A DNA stretch of 64,000 bases from NCBI GenBank assembly GCA_040772365.1, contig JAXGYI010000003.1, forward strand, positions 7,234-71,233, given 5' to 3'. Both the position numbers and the translations under genes were made by a program. The notes under the pieces were generated by a model. That model worked only from the letters and a program-made list of their open reading frames with translations. It searched no databases and had not been told where the DNA came from. This stretch comes from Candidatus Moraniibacteriota bacterium. GTDB taxonomy: Bacteria; Patescibacteriota; Minisyncoccia; Moranbacterales; GCA-2747515. Numbering within the stretch: position 1 is the stretch's first letter; each line of letters starts with the position of its first letter. Positions 39,534 through 49,417 of this stretch are shown one piece after another.

Positions 39534-40613
39534 CTACTGCACTCTATTCATCCGGAGACGAAGATCCTCTTCTTGTAGCGCTGCAATCATGGCAGCGATA
39601 TCGCCATCGAGAATGGTCTCCATATTGCTCCAGCTGTGCTTGATGCGATGATCTGTGATACGATCTTGTGGGAAGTTGTACGTGCGGATTTTTTCACTGC
39701 GGTCGCCGGTGCCGACTTGGCTGCGACGCGTGTCATCGATTTCCTTGGCGTGTTTTTCTTCTTCAATTTGTAACAAACGTGACCGCAAGACTTTCATCGC
39801 CTTTGCCTTATTTTTGTGTTGGGATTTTTCATCTTGGCACGACACGACCGTGCCGGTAGGGATGTGGGTGATGCGCACGGCGCTCATGGTGGTGTTGACA
39901 CTCTGCCCGCCGGGCCCTGACGATGCAAACGTATCGATGCGTAAATCCCTGTCGTTGATGGTGATGTCAATTTCATCAGCCTCTGGCAGTACGGCGACGG
40001 TGGTTGTGGAAGTGTGTACACGACCCTGCTTCTCTGTTTCAGGGACGCGCTGCACGCGATGCACGCCGGATTCGTATTTCAGGAACTTAAAGACTGGTGG
40101 TGTGCCTGCCGGCGCCTCTACACCAAAAATCACTTCCTTGAACCCACCAATATCACTCGTATTGGTATGCAGTAGTGATACGCGCCATCCATTACGCTCA
40201 GCGAACCGGTTATACATACGAAAAAGATCGGCAGCAAAGAGTGCTGATTCATCACCGCCGGCACCGGCACGGATTTCCATGATGACGTTTTTGGTGTCGC
40301 GTGGATCGGTGGGCAAGAGGGCGATTTCCAATGTCTTTTCCATGTCGGGGATTTTTTCGGCGAGCATCGCGTTTTCTTCCATCGCCATCTGGATCAATTC
40401 GGGATCAGTTTCGGTATTCAAAATTTCTGCGTTGCTCTGCATGTCGGCGACAAGTTTTTCATAAGCAGTAATGTGTGCCATCGTATCCTCCAGTTCCGCT
40501 TGCTGTTTGCTCAGGCGGATCATTTCTTGCGGGTTGTCGGCAATATGTGGATCGGACAATGCCTTGCCGATCGCCGCGTATTCTTTTTTGACTTTTGCGA
40601 TGATGTCTTGCAT
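39534..40613 (-). CDS. prfA: Peptide chain release factor 1
   Basis: GGQ motif ([12 protein letters not shown]). RF1-type RVQRVPETE (PxT) and …SQHKNKAKA…[22 protein letters not shown]…. Start set at the internal MQDIIAKV; the ORF track extends further upstream. Confidence 0.85.
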   Translation of the reverse strand: MQDIIAKVKKEYAAIGKALSDPHIADNPQEMIRLSKQQAELEDTMAHITAYEKLVADMQSNAEILNTETDPELIQMAMEENAMLAEKIPDMEKTLEIALLPTDPRDTKNVIMEIRAGAGGDESALFAADLFRMYNRFAERNGWRVSLLHTNTSDIGGFKEVIFGVEAPAGTPPVFKFLKYESGVHRVQRVPETEKQGRVHTSTTTVAVLPEADEIDITINDRDLRIDTFASSGPGGQSVNTTMSAVRITHIPTGTVVSCQDEKSQHKNKAKAMKVLRSRLLQIEEEKHAKEIDDTRRSQVGTGDRSEKIRTYNFPQDRITDHRIKHSWSNMETILDGDIAAMIAALQEEDLRLRMNRVQ

Positions 40614-40925
40614 AAAAAATGTTTTCTCTTTGTTACTGTAGCGGTTTTTTCCGTCAGCGTCAATCATCGGATACGTAGCACTGCAGCGCAACGTGTGCAA
40701 GCAAAACCCCATATTAATGAAAAACACCAACCTTTGCACGGGTAGGAGTATTGTTTGAAATTTTTGTGGTTGAGGCTAGAAAGCGTTGATCTTGCAGATC
40801 GGACCATATCGTTTTCGTCAAACCAATGGACCGGACTACAGGCCAGCTCCAGCGAGAAGTTGCAATAGCAAAGATGTGGTTGTGGCGTGCCGTTGACGAG
40901 CTGTCGCCGCCGCCTTGACAACTTT

Positions 40926-40954
40926 CGTGTCTTTGTATAGTATAGGGGATACAT
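40926..40954 (+). promoter_or_regulatory. Candidate sigma70-type promoter for the infA-rpmJ-rpsM… operon (TTGACA, then TAGTAT 17 bp or TATAGT 15 bp downstream)
   Basis: ccgccTTGACAactttcgtgtctttgTATAGTATagg, about 140 nt upstream of the infA ATG. Divergent from prfA. Confidence 0.45.
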
Positions 40955-41095
40955 GTTCAACACAATCCGGTAAGGGCGAAAAGAAGAGGATGTTCCATTG
41001 GGCGATCTACACGACTGAGGAATGGAATTCACGGAAATTATACCCTCTTGCTTTTTGGCGTTACGTGCGGATTGTAGACAACAAGTAAAGATATT

Positions 41096-41311
41096 ATGGC
41101 AAAAAAAGATACGATCAAGATGGAGGGTGAAGTGTTGGAAACACTGCCAAGCACCACGTTTCGTGTGAAACTGGACAACGGGCATGAGGTTCTTGCACAT
41201 ATTTCCGGGCGCATGCGTGTGCACTACATCAAAATCCTTCCGGGTGATCGTGTTGTTGTGGAAATTAGTCCATATGATCTTACAAAGGGACGCATTACGC
41301 ATCGTCTGTAA
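41096..41311 (+). CDS. infA: Translation initiation factor IF-1
   Basis: [41 protein letters not shown]… S1-like OB fold of IF-1. 71 aa. Confidence 0.9.
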   Translation: MAKKDTIKMEGEVLETLPSTTFRVKLDNGHEVLAHISGRMRVHYIKILPGDRVVVEISPYDLTKGRITHRL

Positions 41312-41372
41312 GACAGGACAGCATCATCTTTTACTACTGTACTGGCATTCCTACAAGTAACATACTACGACC

Positions 41373-41486
41373 ATGAAAGTTCGTGCATCAGCAAAGAAAA
41401 TTTGTAAACAGTGTAAAATCGTTCGTCGTCGCGGGCGTGTATATGTTATTTGCGTGACGCCAAAACACAAACAGCGGCAAGGTTAA
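41373..41486 (+). CDS. rpmJ: 50S ribosomal protein L36
   Basis: 37-aa [40 protein letters not shown] (zinc-ribbon C-x2-C…C-x4-H). Below the ORF-track length cut-off. Confidence 0.85.
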   Translation: MKVRASAKKICKQCKIVRRRGRVYVICVTPKHKQRQG

Positions 41487-41514
41487 GTATTTTTTGACTA
41501 TATTCATTACGCGT

Positions 41515-41904
41515 ATGATTCGCATTGCAGGTATCAACATTCCAGATGACAAGTGCATTGATGTGGCACTAACGTACATCTACGGTATCGGTCCGTCCAC
41601 AAGTAGGAAGATTTTGGCATCTCTCAAGATTGACGCATCGAAGCGCACCAAGGACTTAACAGAAGCACAGGCAAATCGTTTGCGTGATACGATTGAAAAA
41701 GAGTATCGCGTGGAAGGTGAATTGCGCCATGATCGTAAGATGGCTGTGCGTCGCCTTAAGGAGATTGGATCCTATCGTGGTACACGTCACCATAAAGGCT
41801 TGCCGGTTCGTGGGCAACGCACAAAAACCAATAACCGTACTGTGCGTGGCAATAAGCGCGTGACGATGGGAAGTGGTCGTGCAGCAGCAGCATCCAAGAC
41901 ATAG
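41515..41904 (+). CDS. rpsM: 30S ribosomal protein S13
   Basis: MIRIAGINIPDDKCIDVALTYIYGIG… Start placed at the internal Met matching the canonical S13 N-terminus. Confidence 0.9.
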   Translation: MIRIAGINIPDDKCIDVALTYIYGIGPSTSRKILASLKIDASKRTKDLTEAQANRLRDTIEKEYRVEGELRHDRKMAVRRLKEIGSYRGTRHHKGLPVRGQRTKTNNRTVRGNKRVTMGSGRAAAASKT

Positions 41905-41970
41905 GATGGGTTCCAGTTACTATGGAGGGAGTGTATGTGTGAAGTTTATTGTAAATGGTAATTTTGACGC

Positions 41971-42453
41971 ATGAGCGAACAAACACCAACAACCAAAGAG
42001 CATGAGCAGAATGTCGCCACAAAAGATGCGACAGCTGTATCAGAAGCACAGCAACAGAAAGAAGTGTCTGCTGCACCGGCAAAGCGCAAGAAGAGTGGTG
42101 CACGCCAGGTTCGTAAAGGACAGGCGCATGTGCAGTCTACATACAATAACACGATTGTGACAATTACGGATCTCAATGGTGCAGTGCTTGGCTGGTCAAG
42201 TTCTGGATCGCTGGGTTTTAAGGGTGCAAAAAAATCTACGCCATATGCTGCGTCACAGATTATCAATGCTGTATGGGAAAAAGTACAAAAACACAACATT
42301 AAGGAATTGCAGATTTATGTGAGTGGTGTGGGGAGCGGTCGTGATGCGGCAATGCGTGCTCTCGCAGCAAAAGGGATTGAGATTAGTCTCATCAAAGATG
42401 TTACACCGATTGCACATAATGGTTGCCGCAAGCGTAAACCACGTCGCGTATAA
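41971..42453 (+). CDS. rpsK: 30S ribosomal protein S11 (with an N-terminal extension)
   Basis: …AHVQSTYNNTIVTITDLNGAVLGWSSSGSLGFKGAKKSTPYAAS… S11 core. Confidence 0.9.
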   Translation: MSEQTPTTKEHEQNVATKDATAVSEAQQQKEVSAAPAKRKKSGARQVRKGQAHVQSTYNNTIVTITDLNGAVLGWSSSGSLGFKGAKKSTPYAASQIINAVWEKVQKHNIKELQIYVSGVGSGRDAAMRALAAKGIEISLIKDVTPIAHNGCRKRKPRRV

Positions 42454-42494
42454 TACTGTAGTATTTTTGTAAACAAGAAACCATTTTTATCACT

Positions 42495-43115
42495 ATGGCA
42501 CGACACAGAGGGTCAAAATCTAAAATTTGTCGCCGTTTCGGCGAGAATCTCTACGGATCAGACAAGTACGATCGTATTTTAGCGCGCAAAAATTATGCGC
42601 CAGGTATGCACGGGAAAAGTTTTGGACGTAGTAAAAGTGAATACGGCAAACAGCTACTCATGAAACAGAAGGCGAAGTACGTCTACGGTATTTTGGAGAA
42701 ACAGTTTCGCAAGCATTACGAGGATGTGAAAAATCGCCCCGGTGTAACAGGTGACCTGCTTTTGGCACGTTTGGAGCAGCGTTTGGATAACGTGGTGTAT
42801 CGTTTAGGATTTGCCAATACGCGACCGCAGGCGCGACAAGTAGTGAGCCATGGCATGATCTACGTTAATGGGAAGAAGATGACAATTCCTTCCTATGAGG
42901 TGAAAGTTGGTGATGAGATTACAATCAATCCGCATAAGAAGGATAACGGCTATTTCAAGAACCAAGAGCAGTATATTACTCACAAAAAAACTGTACCAAG
43001 TTGGTTGAGCTTGGATCAAAAATCATGGAAAGGGTCTATTGTTGCGCTACCAAAGCGCGAGGATTGTGACGCGCATATCAATGCACAAATCATTGTAGAA
43101 TTCTATTCCAAATAA
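42495..43115 (+). CDS. rpsD: 30S ribosomal protein S4
   Basis: MARHRGSKSKICRRFGENLYG… with an S4 RNA-binding domain. Confidence 0.9.
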   Translation: MARHRGSKSKICRRFGENLYGSDKYDRILARKNYAPGMHGKSFGRSKSEYGKQLLMKQKAKYVYGILEKQFRKHYEDVKNRPGVTGDLLLARLEQRLDNVVYRLGFANTRPQARQVVSHGMIYVNGKKMTIPSYEVKVGDEITINPHKKDNGYFKNQEQYITHKKTVPSWLSLDQKSWKGSIVALPKREDCDAHINAQIIVEFYSK

Positions 43116-43152
43116 TTTTTTATCCCTTTCATAATTTTTTAAACACAACGTT

Positions 43153-43887
43153 ATGGCAATCATTCCTATTCCACAGCCATCACAATATACAGACGGTAAG
43201 GATCATACAGGCACTGTGGAGATTCCTGGATGTTATCCTGGATATGGCACAACACTTGGCAATGCAATTCGTCGCGTACTCCTCTCATCAATTGAGGGCG
43301 CGGCAATTACCTCTGTCAAGATCAAGGGTGTGGCGCATGAATTTTCCTCTATTGAAGGTGTCTTGGAGGATGCCGTGCAAATCATTTTAAACTTAAAGCA
43401 TGTACGTTTGCGCATGGACGGCAATGAGAAGATGACAGCAACGATTTCTGCAAAAGGTGAGGGTGTGATTACTGCCGGAGACATCAAGACAACAACTGGC
43501 TTAGAGATTGTTGATCCCGCGCAGCATATTGCAACTATTACAGATAAGAAGGCATCTTTGGAGATGGAGATGACGGTGGAAAAGGGGATTGGTTATGTCT
43601 CTAGCGACCATCATCAGGATGTGGAAAAAGAAGTGGGGTCTATCATGATTGATGCAGTGTATACGCCCGTGAAACGCGTGAATTATAATGTGGAGAATAT
43701 GCGTGTGGGGAAGCGTACGGACTATGAAAAAGTCACATTGGAAATCGTTACGGATGGGAGTATTGCACCGCAGGAGGCATTTGATCAAGCCGTGGATATT
43801 TTGGTAGAGCAGTTTAGCGCACTATCGGCAACTGGTGGAGTGGCTACGGATAACAATGCGGATGATGATGGTGAGGATAAAGAGTAG
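43153..43887 (+). CDS. rpoA: DNA-directed RNA polymerase alpha subunit, N-terminal domain only (244 aa; no alpha-CTD in the ORF)
   Basis: …GTTLGNAIRRVLLSSIEGAAITSVKIKGVAHEFSSIEGV… alpha-NTD. The ORF ends in an acidic tail (…NADDDGEDKE*) where the interdomain linker would start. rplQ begins 21 nt later. Confidence 0.85.
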   Translation: MAIIPIPQPSQYTDGKDHTGTVEIPGCYPGYGTTLGNAIRRVLLSSIEGAAITSVKIKGVAHEFSSIEGVLEDAVQIILNLKHVRLRMDGNEKMTATISAKGEGVITAGDIKTTTGLEIVDPAQHIATITDKKASLEMEMTVEKGIGYVSSDHHQDVEKEVGSIMIDAVYTPVKRVNYNVENMRVGKRTDYEKVTLEIVTDGSIAPQEAFDQAVDILVEQFSALSATGGVATDNNADDDGEDKE

Positions 43888-43907
43888 TGATATTTTAGTA
43901 TAAAGTC

Positions 43908-44381
43908 ATGAAGAACAGAAAAGTAGGACGACAATTTGGTCGCGTGCGTGCACAGCGCAAAGCATTGTTATATAGTCTTGTGAGTAGTGTAATTATTCAC
44001 GGGCGCATTCAGACAACAGAAGCGAAAGCAAAAGAAACAAAAAGTGCCGTGGATAAGATCATTACAATAGCCAAGCGCGCAGCAGATCGTCCCATGGAAA
44101 TGGTGCGTAAACTGGAAGGATTAATCTCACCGCAGGCAATTGCTGTATTGCGTGCCGACATGCAACGTTTTGCTACGCGTACCAGCGGATATAGTCGCGT
44201 GATCAAATGCGTGCCACGGACAAGTGACGGTGCCCGCATGGCAATCATTGAACTCGTGGATCGCGAACAAAAATCGACACATGCAACTTCTTCTGCAAAA
44301 AAGACTACACAGAAGGAGAAAGAGGATGTGAAGGAGGAAGCAACGGCGCGCGACACTACTGCACCAGTATCAGATAATTAA
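43908..44381 (+). CDS. rplQ: 50S ribosomal protein L17 (with a C-terminal low-complexity extension)
   Basis: MKNRKVGRQFGRVRAQRKALLYSLVSSVIIHGRIQTTEAKAKE…. Confidence 0.85.
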   Translation: MKNRKVGRQFGRVRAQRKALLYSLVSSVIIHGRIQTTEAKAKETKSAVDKIITIAKRAADRPMEMVRKLEGLISPQAIAVLRADMQRFATRTSGYSRVIKCVPRTSDGARMAIIELVDREQKSTHATSSAKKTTQKEKEDVKEEATARDTTAPVSDN

Positions 44382-44395
44382 TTGACGTGACGATC

Positions 44396-44785
44396 ATGAA
44401 ACGACAAACCCATCTTTTTGATGCACAGAACAAAGTACTCGGACGTCTCGCAACAGAAATTGCGACAGTGCTTTCTGGGAAGGATCGTGTTGACTATACA
44501 CCGCACATTGACGATGGCGGTACAGTTGTGGTAATCAATGCTGCACGCGTACATCTTACTGGTACAAAGGAGCTTGATAAGAAATACCATCGCTATACAG
44601 GGTATTCTGGCGGTATTCGCACAATCACAGTGAAGGAGCAGCGTGAAAAGGATGCACGTGAGATCATTCGTGTTGCCGTGAAGGGCATGTTACCAAAGAA
44701 TAAACTTGGTCGTGCCATGCAAAAACGTCTTTTTATTTACAATGATGCAGCGTATACGGAGCATATTGATGTAACGCACGCATAA
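44396..44785 (+). CDS. rplM: 50S ribosomal protein L13
   Basis: MKRQTHLFDAQNKVLGRLATEIATVLSGK… Start at the internal ATG; the ORF track begins at 44387. Confidence 0.85.
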   Translation: MKRQTHLFDAQNKVLGRLATEIATVLSGKDRVDYTPHIDDGGTVVVINAARVHLTGTKELDKKYHRYTGYSGGIRTITVKEQREKDAREIIRVAVKGMLPKNKLGRAMQKRLFIYNDAAYTEHIDVTHA

Positions 44786-44810
44786 TTTTGCAACTAATTT
44801 TTTTGAGTGT

Positions 44811-45269
44811 ATGATGGCGACAACGAAGGAGACAACAAAGAAAAACGATTCTACGCTTTTTTCTGGCGTGTATCACTATGGTGTGGGGCGGCGCAAAACG
44901 GCAGTGGCGCAGGTGCGCGTGTACTGTGATGTTAAAGGTGCTGTGGATAGCGCGGGACTTGTGGTCAATGGTAAGCCATTTGATACGTATTTTACAACAG
45001 CAACGCAGAAAGAAGCCTTTCTCGCATCGTTGAAGGCTGTGGGGCTACATGAAAAATGTGCTGTTTCCGTGGTGGTCAAAGGCGGTGGATTGTCTGGTCA
45101 GGCTGATGCAATTAAAATGGGCATGGCACGTGCATTGGTGCGTTATGATGAGGCGCTACGTCCCTCGCTTAAAGCGGAAGGACTACTCACGCGCGATGCG
45201 CGTCAAGTGGAACGCAAGAAGCCGGGATTGCGCAAGGCGCGTCGCGCACCGCAGTGGAGCAAGCGCTAG
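44811..45269 (+). CDS. rpsI: 30S ribosomal protein S9
   Basis: …GVGRRKTAVAQVRV…GGGLSGQADAIKMGMARAL…RKKPGLRKARRAPQWSKR. Confidence 0.85.
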   Translation: MMATTKETTKKNDSTLFSGVYHYGVGRRKTAVAQVRVYCDVKGAVDSAGLVVNGKPFDTYFTTATQKEAFLASLKAVGLHEKCAVSVVVKGGGLSGQADAIKMGMARALVRYDEALRPSLKAEGLLTRDARQVERKKPGLRKARRAPQWSKR

Positions 45270-45312
45270 GATATTCTCGCATCCGCATAACTTCTTACTC
45301 TGTATTTTTCAC

Positions 45313-45345
45313 AACCACCCCGACACATCATGGGGTGGTTTTTGT
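45313..45345 (+). terminator. Rho-independent terminator after rpsI (convergent with cysS)
   Basis: aaccacccc / ggggtggtt 9-bp stem with a 10-nt loop, followed by tttgtgtg. Confidence 0.55.
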
Positions 45346-45426
45346 GTGCTAATAGCCGATTGACAGATAGCACCTTACAGATTTCTCCTGTAGTACCTAC
45401 ATACGTTGATCGTATGCGGATTGCTG

Positions 45427-46842
45427 TTATTTCTTACTCACTTTGGTGCCGTCGGCAGAGTCGGTGACAGTATAGCCTTTGGCAAGTAGATCGTCGCGTA
45501 GTGCGTCGGATGTAGTAAAGTCTTTGGCTGCGCGTGCGGCGTCGCGTGCGGCGGCGATGGCGAGGATGTCGTCGGGAATCGGATCAGCATGCGCTTCTGT
45601 GTGGATGCCGAGTGCAGTGAGCGCTTTGGTAAAAAAAGTGCGAACCTCGTCGGCATTGGCAAGCGACGTTGTGGCAGTGTGCGTGTTGATGGCTGTTGCG
45701 AGACGCAGGAGTACTGTGATGGCGAGGGGTGTGTTGAGATCGTCATCCATGGCGTTGTCAAAATTTGTGCGTTCAGCGGTGATGTCCAGTGTTGTGCCGC
45801 CGGTGCTGCTCTGTGCGAGGCGTTCCAGCGCGCCCAAAAGTGTATGACGGTTTTTTTGCGCCTGTGCGAGGGCGTCCCACGTGAAGTTCATTTGCGAACG
45901 GTAGTGCGAGAGGAGAAAGAGCATGCGCAGATCCATGGGATCAAATCCGCGATCGGTGATGTCTTCCAGTGTGTACATATTGCCCTTGGATTTACTCATC
46001 TTTGCGCCGTCTACTTGCAAGTGACGTGTGTGTAGCCAAAAATGTGCAAACGGTACGCCGTTGGCGGACTCAGATTGCGCAATCTCCGCTTCGTGGTGAG
46101 GAAAGATGTTATCTTCGCCGCCAGTGTGGATGTCAAACGTCGGACCTAAGTAGTCCACACTCATTGCCGAGCACTCAATGTGCCACCCCGGATAGCCTAC
46201 AGACCACGGCGCATCCCATTTCATGAGGTGATTTTTCGGCGCCTTGAGCCACAATGCAAAGTCCCACTGGTTACGCTTATCGGGGTGCGGATCTTCCAGG
46301 CGTGCGCCGATGGCGAGTTTTTCCACGGTATTGCCGCTGAGTGTGCCATAGCGATCAAAAGACGCCACGTCAAAAAAAACGTTACCGTTTTTTTCATAGG
46401 CATGTCCCTTGGCGAGAAGTGTTTCAATGAGGCGGATCATGTGCGGGATGTGTTCCGTGGCGCGCGGGTTATAGTGCGCGGGGAGGATGTTCATTTTTTC
46501 TTGTGTGGCAAATGCGTACTCTTCGTAAAATCGCGCGATTTCTTGAGGTGTCTTTTTTTCTTTGGCGGCAGCTTTTACCATTTTGTCGTCGCCGCTGTCG
46601 CCCTGTGCTACGTCGTCGTCGGTGAGATGCCCGACGTCGGTGATGTTTTTGATCATACGTACTTCATAGCCGCGATAGGTGAGATAGCGGCGGATCACGT
46701 CGGCGTTGCTATAGGCGCGTAGGTTGCCGATGTGGATGTAGTTGTAGACGGTGGGACCGCAGGTATACATGCCAACCTTCCCGGGGTTGATGGAGGTGAA
46801 AACATCTTTTTGCTTGGTGAGGGTGTTGTAGAATGTCAACAT
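45427..46842 (-). CDS. cysS: Cysteine--tRNA ligase
   Basis: …MYTCGPTVYNYIHIGNLRAY… HIGH-region and KMSKS (AKMSKSKGN) motifs. Start at the internal MLTFYNTL; the ORF track extends to 46902. Confidence 0.85.
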   Translation of the reverse strand: MLTFYNTLTKQKDVFTSINPGKVGMYTCGPTVYNYIHIGNLRAYSNADVIRRYLTYRGYEVRMIKNITDVGHLTDDDVAQGDSGDDKMVKAAAKEKKTPQEIARFYEEYAFATQEKMNILPAHYNPRATEHIPHMIRLIETLLAKGHAYEKNGNVFFDVASFDRYGTLSGNTVEKLAIGARLEDPHPDKRNQWDFALWLKAPKNHLMKWDAPWSVGYPGWHIECSAMSVDYLGPTFDIHTGGEDNIFPHHEAEIAQSESANGVPFAHFWLHTRHLQVDGAKMSKSKGNMYTLEDITDRGFDPMDLRMLFLLSHYRSQMNFTWDALAQAQKNRHTLLGALERLAQSSTGGTTLDITAERTNFDNAMDDDLNTPLAITVLLRLATAINTHTATTSLANADEVRTFFTKALTALGIHTEAHADPIPDDILAIAAARDAARAAKDFTTSDALRDDLLAKGYTVTDSADGTKVSKK

Positions 46843-46970
46843 AGATACGCAATAATCAACAAAAGCAGGCCTAAGACCTGCTCTCACTATAACACAATCC
46901 ACGGGGAAACTTCAATTGCATCTCACCATTCGCACTGCGGGTTATGTGTTACCAGCTATGCGTACCACCA

Positions 46971-47945
46971 TTAGTCAATCCATTTTGCGACTTTGAAAAT
47001 GAGATAGGTGAGGGCGGCGATGGAGAGCATGATGGCGATATGGATGAGGAAGGCAAAGGGGTGATCGCGCAGAGGCATACGTTCAGCATTGATACCAAAG
47101 AAGTTGATGTAGACGGACACGGGGATGAGGAGTGTGGAAAAAATGGTGATGATGCGGGTGTTGCGATTGATGCGTTCTGAGAGAAGGGAGTTATTAGTAG
47201 CTTCCAATGAGGTAATAGTTTCCTTGGCGCTTTCCAGATCGTTCCACAAACGAATATTGGTGCCGACGAGGTCTTGGTAGTAAATTTTGATATTGTCAGG
47301 CACAACGCCGTTAGGCTGGGCGATGATGGACTCTATGATAGAACGCTGTGGCATGAGTGTACGGCGGAAGTTGAGAATGTCGCGCTTAATAATGCTGATC
47401 TCGCGAACCATTTGGCGTTCCGATCCGTTAAAGATACCCTCCTGTACGTCATCAATGTGACGCACGATGTGGTCTAGTCGTGGAAAGCACGATTCCGTCA
47501 GAATGCGAAAAACCTCATAGAGCAAATGTGCGGTGGAATGAATCATGTACGTACGGCGCTTGCCCTCAGATTGCTGTAGTGTGTCAAAAAAAGCGCGGAG
47601 TTGGTAGATGTCATGCGTGTGTCCTGTGATGAGATGGGTTTTCGTGAGTAGAATATCTATCTCACCGGCATAGGTAGTGCGTTTTTTAACATTGAACAGG
47701 GGAATATGAATGGTAAGAAAAAGACAGTTGCTATATTTTGTAGCACGTGCACGGTAGGTTGGCGTAACAAACTCTTCAACGGCAAGTGGGTGCACATTGA
47801 AGTGTTCGCGAATGTATTGAATGTTATGTTTTGTGGGATTTTCAATGTCAATCCACGTAAGACCTTCGTGGGTGACAATTTTCATGGACATATCAGTTTT
47901 TCTATGTGTTTGATTGTAGTATACCATTTTTTTTGCGACAGACAA
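46971..47945 (-). CDS. corA: CorA-family divalent cation transporter
   Basis: Cytoplasmic alpha/beta domain plus two C-terminal TM helices with …YINFFGINAERMP… (a GIN variant of the GMN signature). The true start may be an internal Met (MSMKIV…). Confidence 0.6.
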   Translation of the reverse strand: MSVAKKMVYYNQTHRKTDMSMKIVTHEGLTWIDIENPTKHNIQYIREHFNVHPLAVEEFVTPTYRARATKYSNCLFLTIHIPLFNVKKRTTYAGEIDILLTKTHLITGHTHDIYQLRAFFDTLQQSEGKRRTYMIHSTAHLLYEVFRILTESCFPRLDHIVRHIDDVQEGIFNGSERQMVREISIIKRDILNFRRTLMPQRSIIESIIAQPNGVVPDNIKIYYQDLVGTNIRLWNDLESAKETITSLEATNNSLLSERINRNTRIITIFSTLLIPVSVYINFFGINAERMPLRDHPFAFLIHIAIMLSIAALTYLIFKVAKWID

Positions 47946-48138
47946 TATGGCAGTAGTGTTACGTGAGGCCCAGAAATGAATTTGATGCGATAGGGATTCT
48001 TGAGATTGTCATTTTTTACCATGCTAAACTTTATGTAATCATCTCTATTTCCAGAATTCCAAAGCACGTCTGGCATGACATGTGTGCCTCGCTTCTTGAC
48101 AGAGTTCGCGTTATGGCGTATGATTTTCAATCATATCA

Positions 48139-48396
48139 TTGAGACATATGCTCAAGGTCGTTATTTTACAACTGATACGACTTTATCAAAAAACACTGTC
48201 GCTAGACCACGGTCCGCTGTCCGCTATCTATGGCGAACGCTTGTGTCGGTTTCACCCGACGTGCTCACAGTACACCTATGAGGCGATTGCGCGTTTTGGC
48301 GTGATACGCGGCGGGTGGTTGGGAGTGAAGCGTGTGGCGCGTTGCCATCCGTGGCACTCTGGAGGAGACGATCCTGTGCCGGAAAGGCGGGGATGA
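48139..48396 (+). CDS. yidD: Membrane protein insertion efficiency factor YidD
   Basis: …[68 protein letters not shown]…. Confidence 0.8.
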   Translation: MRHMLKVVILQLIRLYQKTLSLDHGPLSAIYGERLCRFHPTCSQYTYEAIARFGVIRGGWLGVKRVARCHPWHSGGDDPVPERRG

Positions 48397-48502
48397 GCAC
48401 TTGTAATGAGGGCGAGGAATGTGTGTCATGTCATGACATACATGGACCGCTCTCATTGTTTGCGTGAGAGCTTTAAAAAATATGAAAAGAGAGGGGTAAA
48501 AA

Positions 48503-48883
48503 ATGTCTGTAGAAACAATGTTGTCCTTAAATGACTTAACGAAATTAGTTGCAAAGCGTGAGCGGGGGCACGTTGTGCGCATCTCCAAAAAAAAAGCAAC
48601 ACACCTTATAATTACAGACATACCTCGAGATGTTTTTGCACAAATGCAAAAACAGCGAGGCGTCGTGTATACATGTAAGGTAGAAGATGATAGTAAATTC
48701 TATGTTTCTATTCCAGTCTCGGCGCCGTGTAGTATTGTTTTTCCAATGAGTCATAATAATGAAAACGGCTACACGCACGATTTTCGACTATGCATTGAAA
48801 GGGATGCCGGAAAGATCGTGGCAACGGTATCACGTTACAGATATTATGCGCCGCGCCCAGAAGGGCCGCAAGCATCCGCATAG
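48503..48883 (+). CDS. Hypothetical protein
   Basis: 126-aa ORF with no recognisable motif. Confidence 0.3.
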   Translation: MSVETMLSLNDLTKLVAKRERGHVVRISKKKATHLIITDIPRDVFAQMQKQRGVVYTCKVEDDSKFYVSIPVSAPCSIVFPMSHNNENGYTHDFRLCIERDAGKIVATVSRYRYYAPRPEGPQASA

Positions 48884-48964
48884 TGAGTTAGACATAACCG
48901 ACAAGGACAAGCGCGTCCCCGTCGGTTTTCTTTTTCTTCTATAGCCATAATTTTCTCCTATGCG

Positions 48965-49369
48965 CTAAAACCACAATTTATGAATAACACCCTCAATTAC
49001 AATGTCTTCAGGCGGAAAACATGGCAACGTGTCCCAGTTAAAGATCTCTTTGTTGTCGCCAATGATATGCATACAGCCATCCGGGTCAATGGATGTAAGG
49101 CGGTGACCAATTCTATCAGATTCATACATCTCAAAGCATTTCGTGTTCTCGTGTGCACAGTGAAAGACAATAATATCGCCAATTTTGGGCGTTGCCTTTC
49201 GATCAAGAACATCCCAGTCTCCCGGTTTGAGTGTTGGCTCCATAGAGTTTGTTTCTACTTTTCCAAACTCCAAATCTCTCGTATCAATCACATATCCCAA
49301 TGCAAGAAACAGCATGGCAAGCACGCTTAGAATAATTCCGGAAGCAATCAATATTTTTTTCATAACCAT
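48965..49369 (-). CDS. lepB: Signal peptidase I (S26 family, compact form)
   Basis: N-terminal TM anchor, then box B GKVETNSMEPTLKPGD (catalytic Ser), and …IIGDNKEIFNWD… resembling box E. Confidence 0.65.
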   Translation of the reverse strand: MVMKKILIASGIILSVLAMLFLALGYVIDTRDLEFGKVETNSMEPTLKPGDWDVLDRKATPKIGDIIVFHCAHENTKCFEMYESDRIGHRLTSIDPDGCMHIIGDNKEIFNWDTLPCFPPEDIVIEGVIHKLWF

Positions 49370-49417
49370 AATTTAACACTAATCAACTAAAAAAAACTAC
49401 AAAGAAAATGAGTTCGT

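Noticed and set aside
40664-41302. 212-aa ORF on the minus strand spanning the prfA/infA intergenic region and overlapping infA
   Set aside because: It is antisense to the highly conserved infA and covers promoter DNA. It has no recognisable motif and unusual composition, so it is most likely a spurious ORF.
45479-46722. Several plus-strand ORFs (122-180 aa) inside cysS
   Set aside because: All are antisense to the clearly identified cysS (HIGH/KMSKS motifs) and lack motifs of their own.
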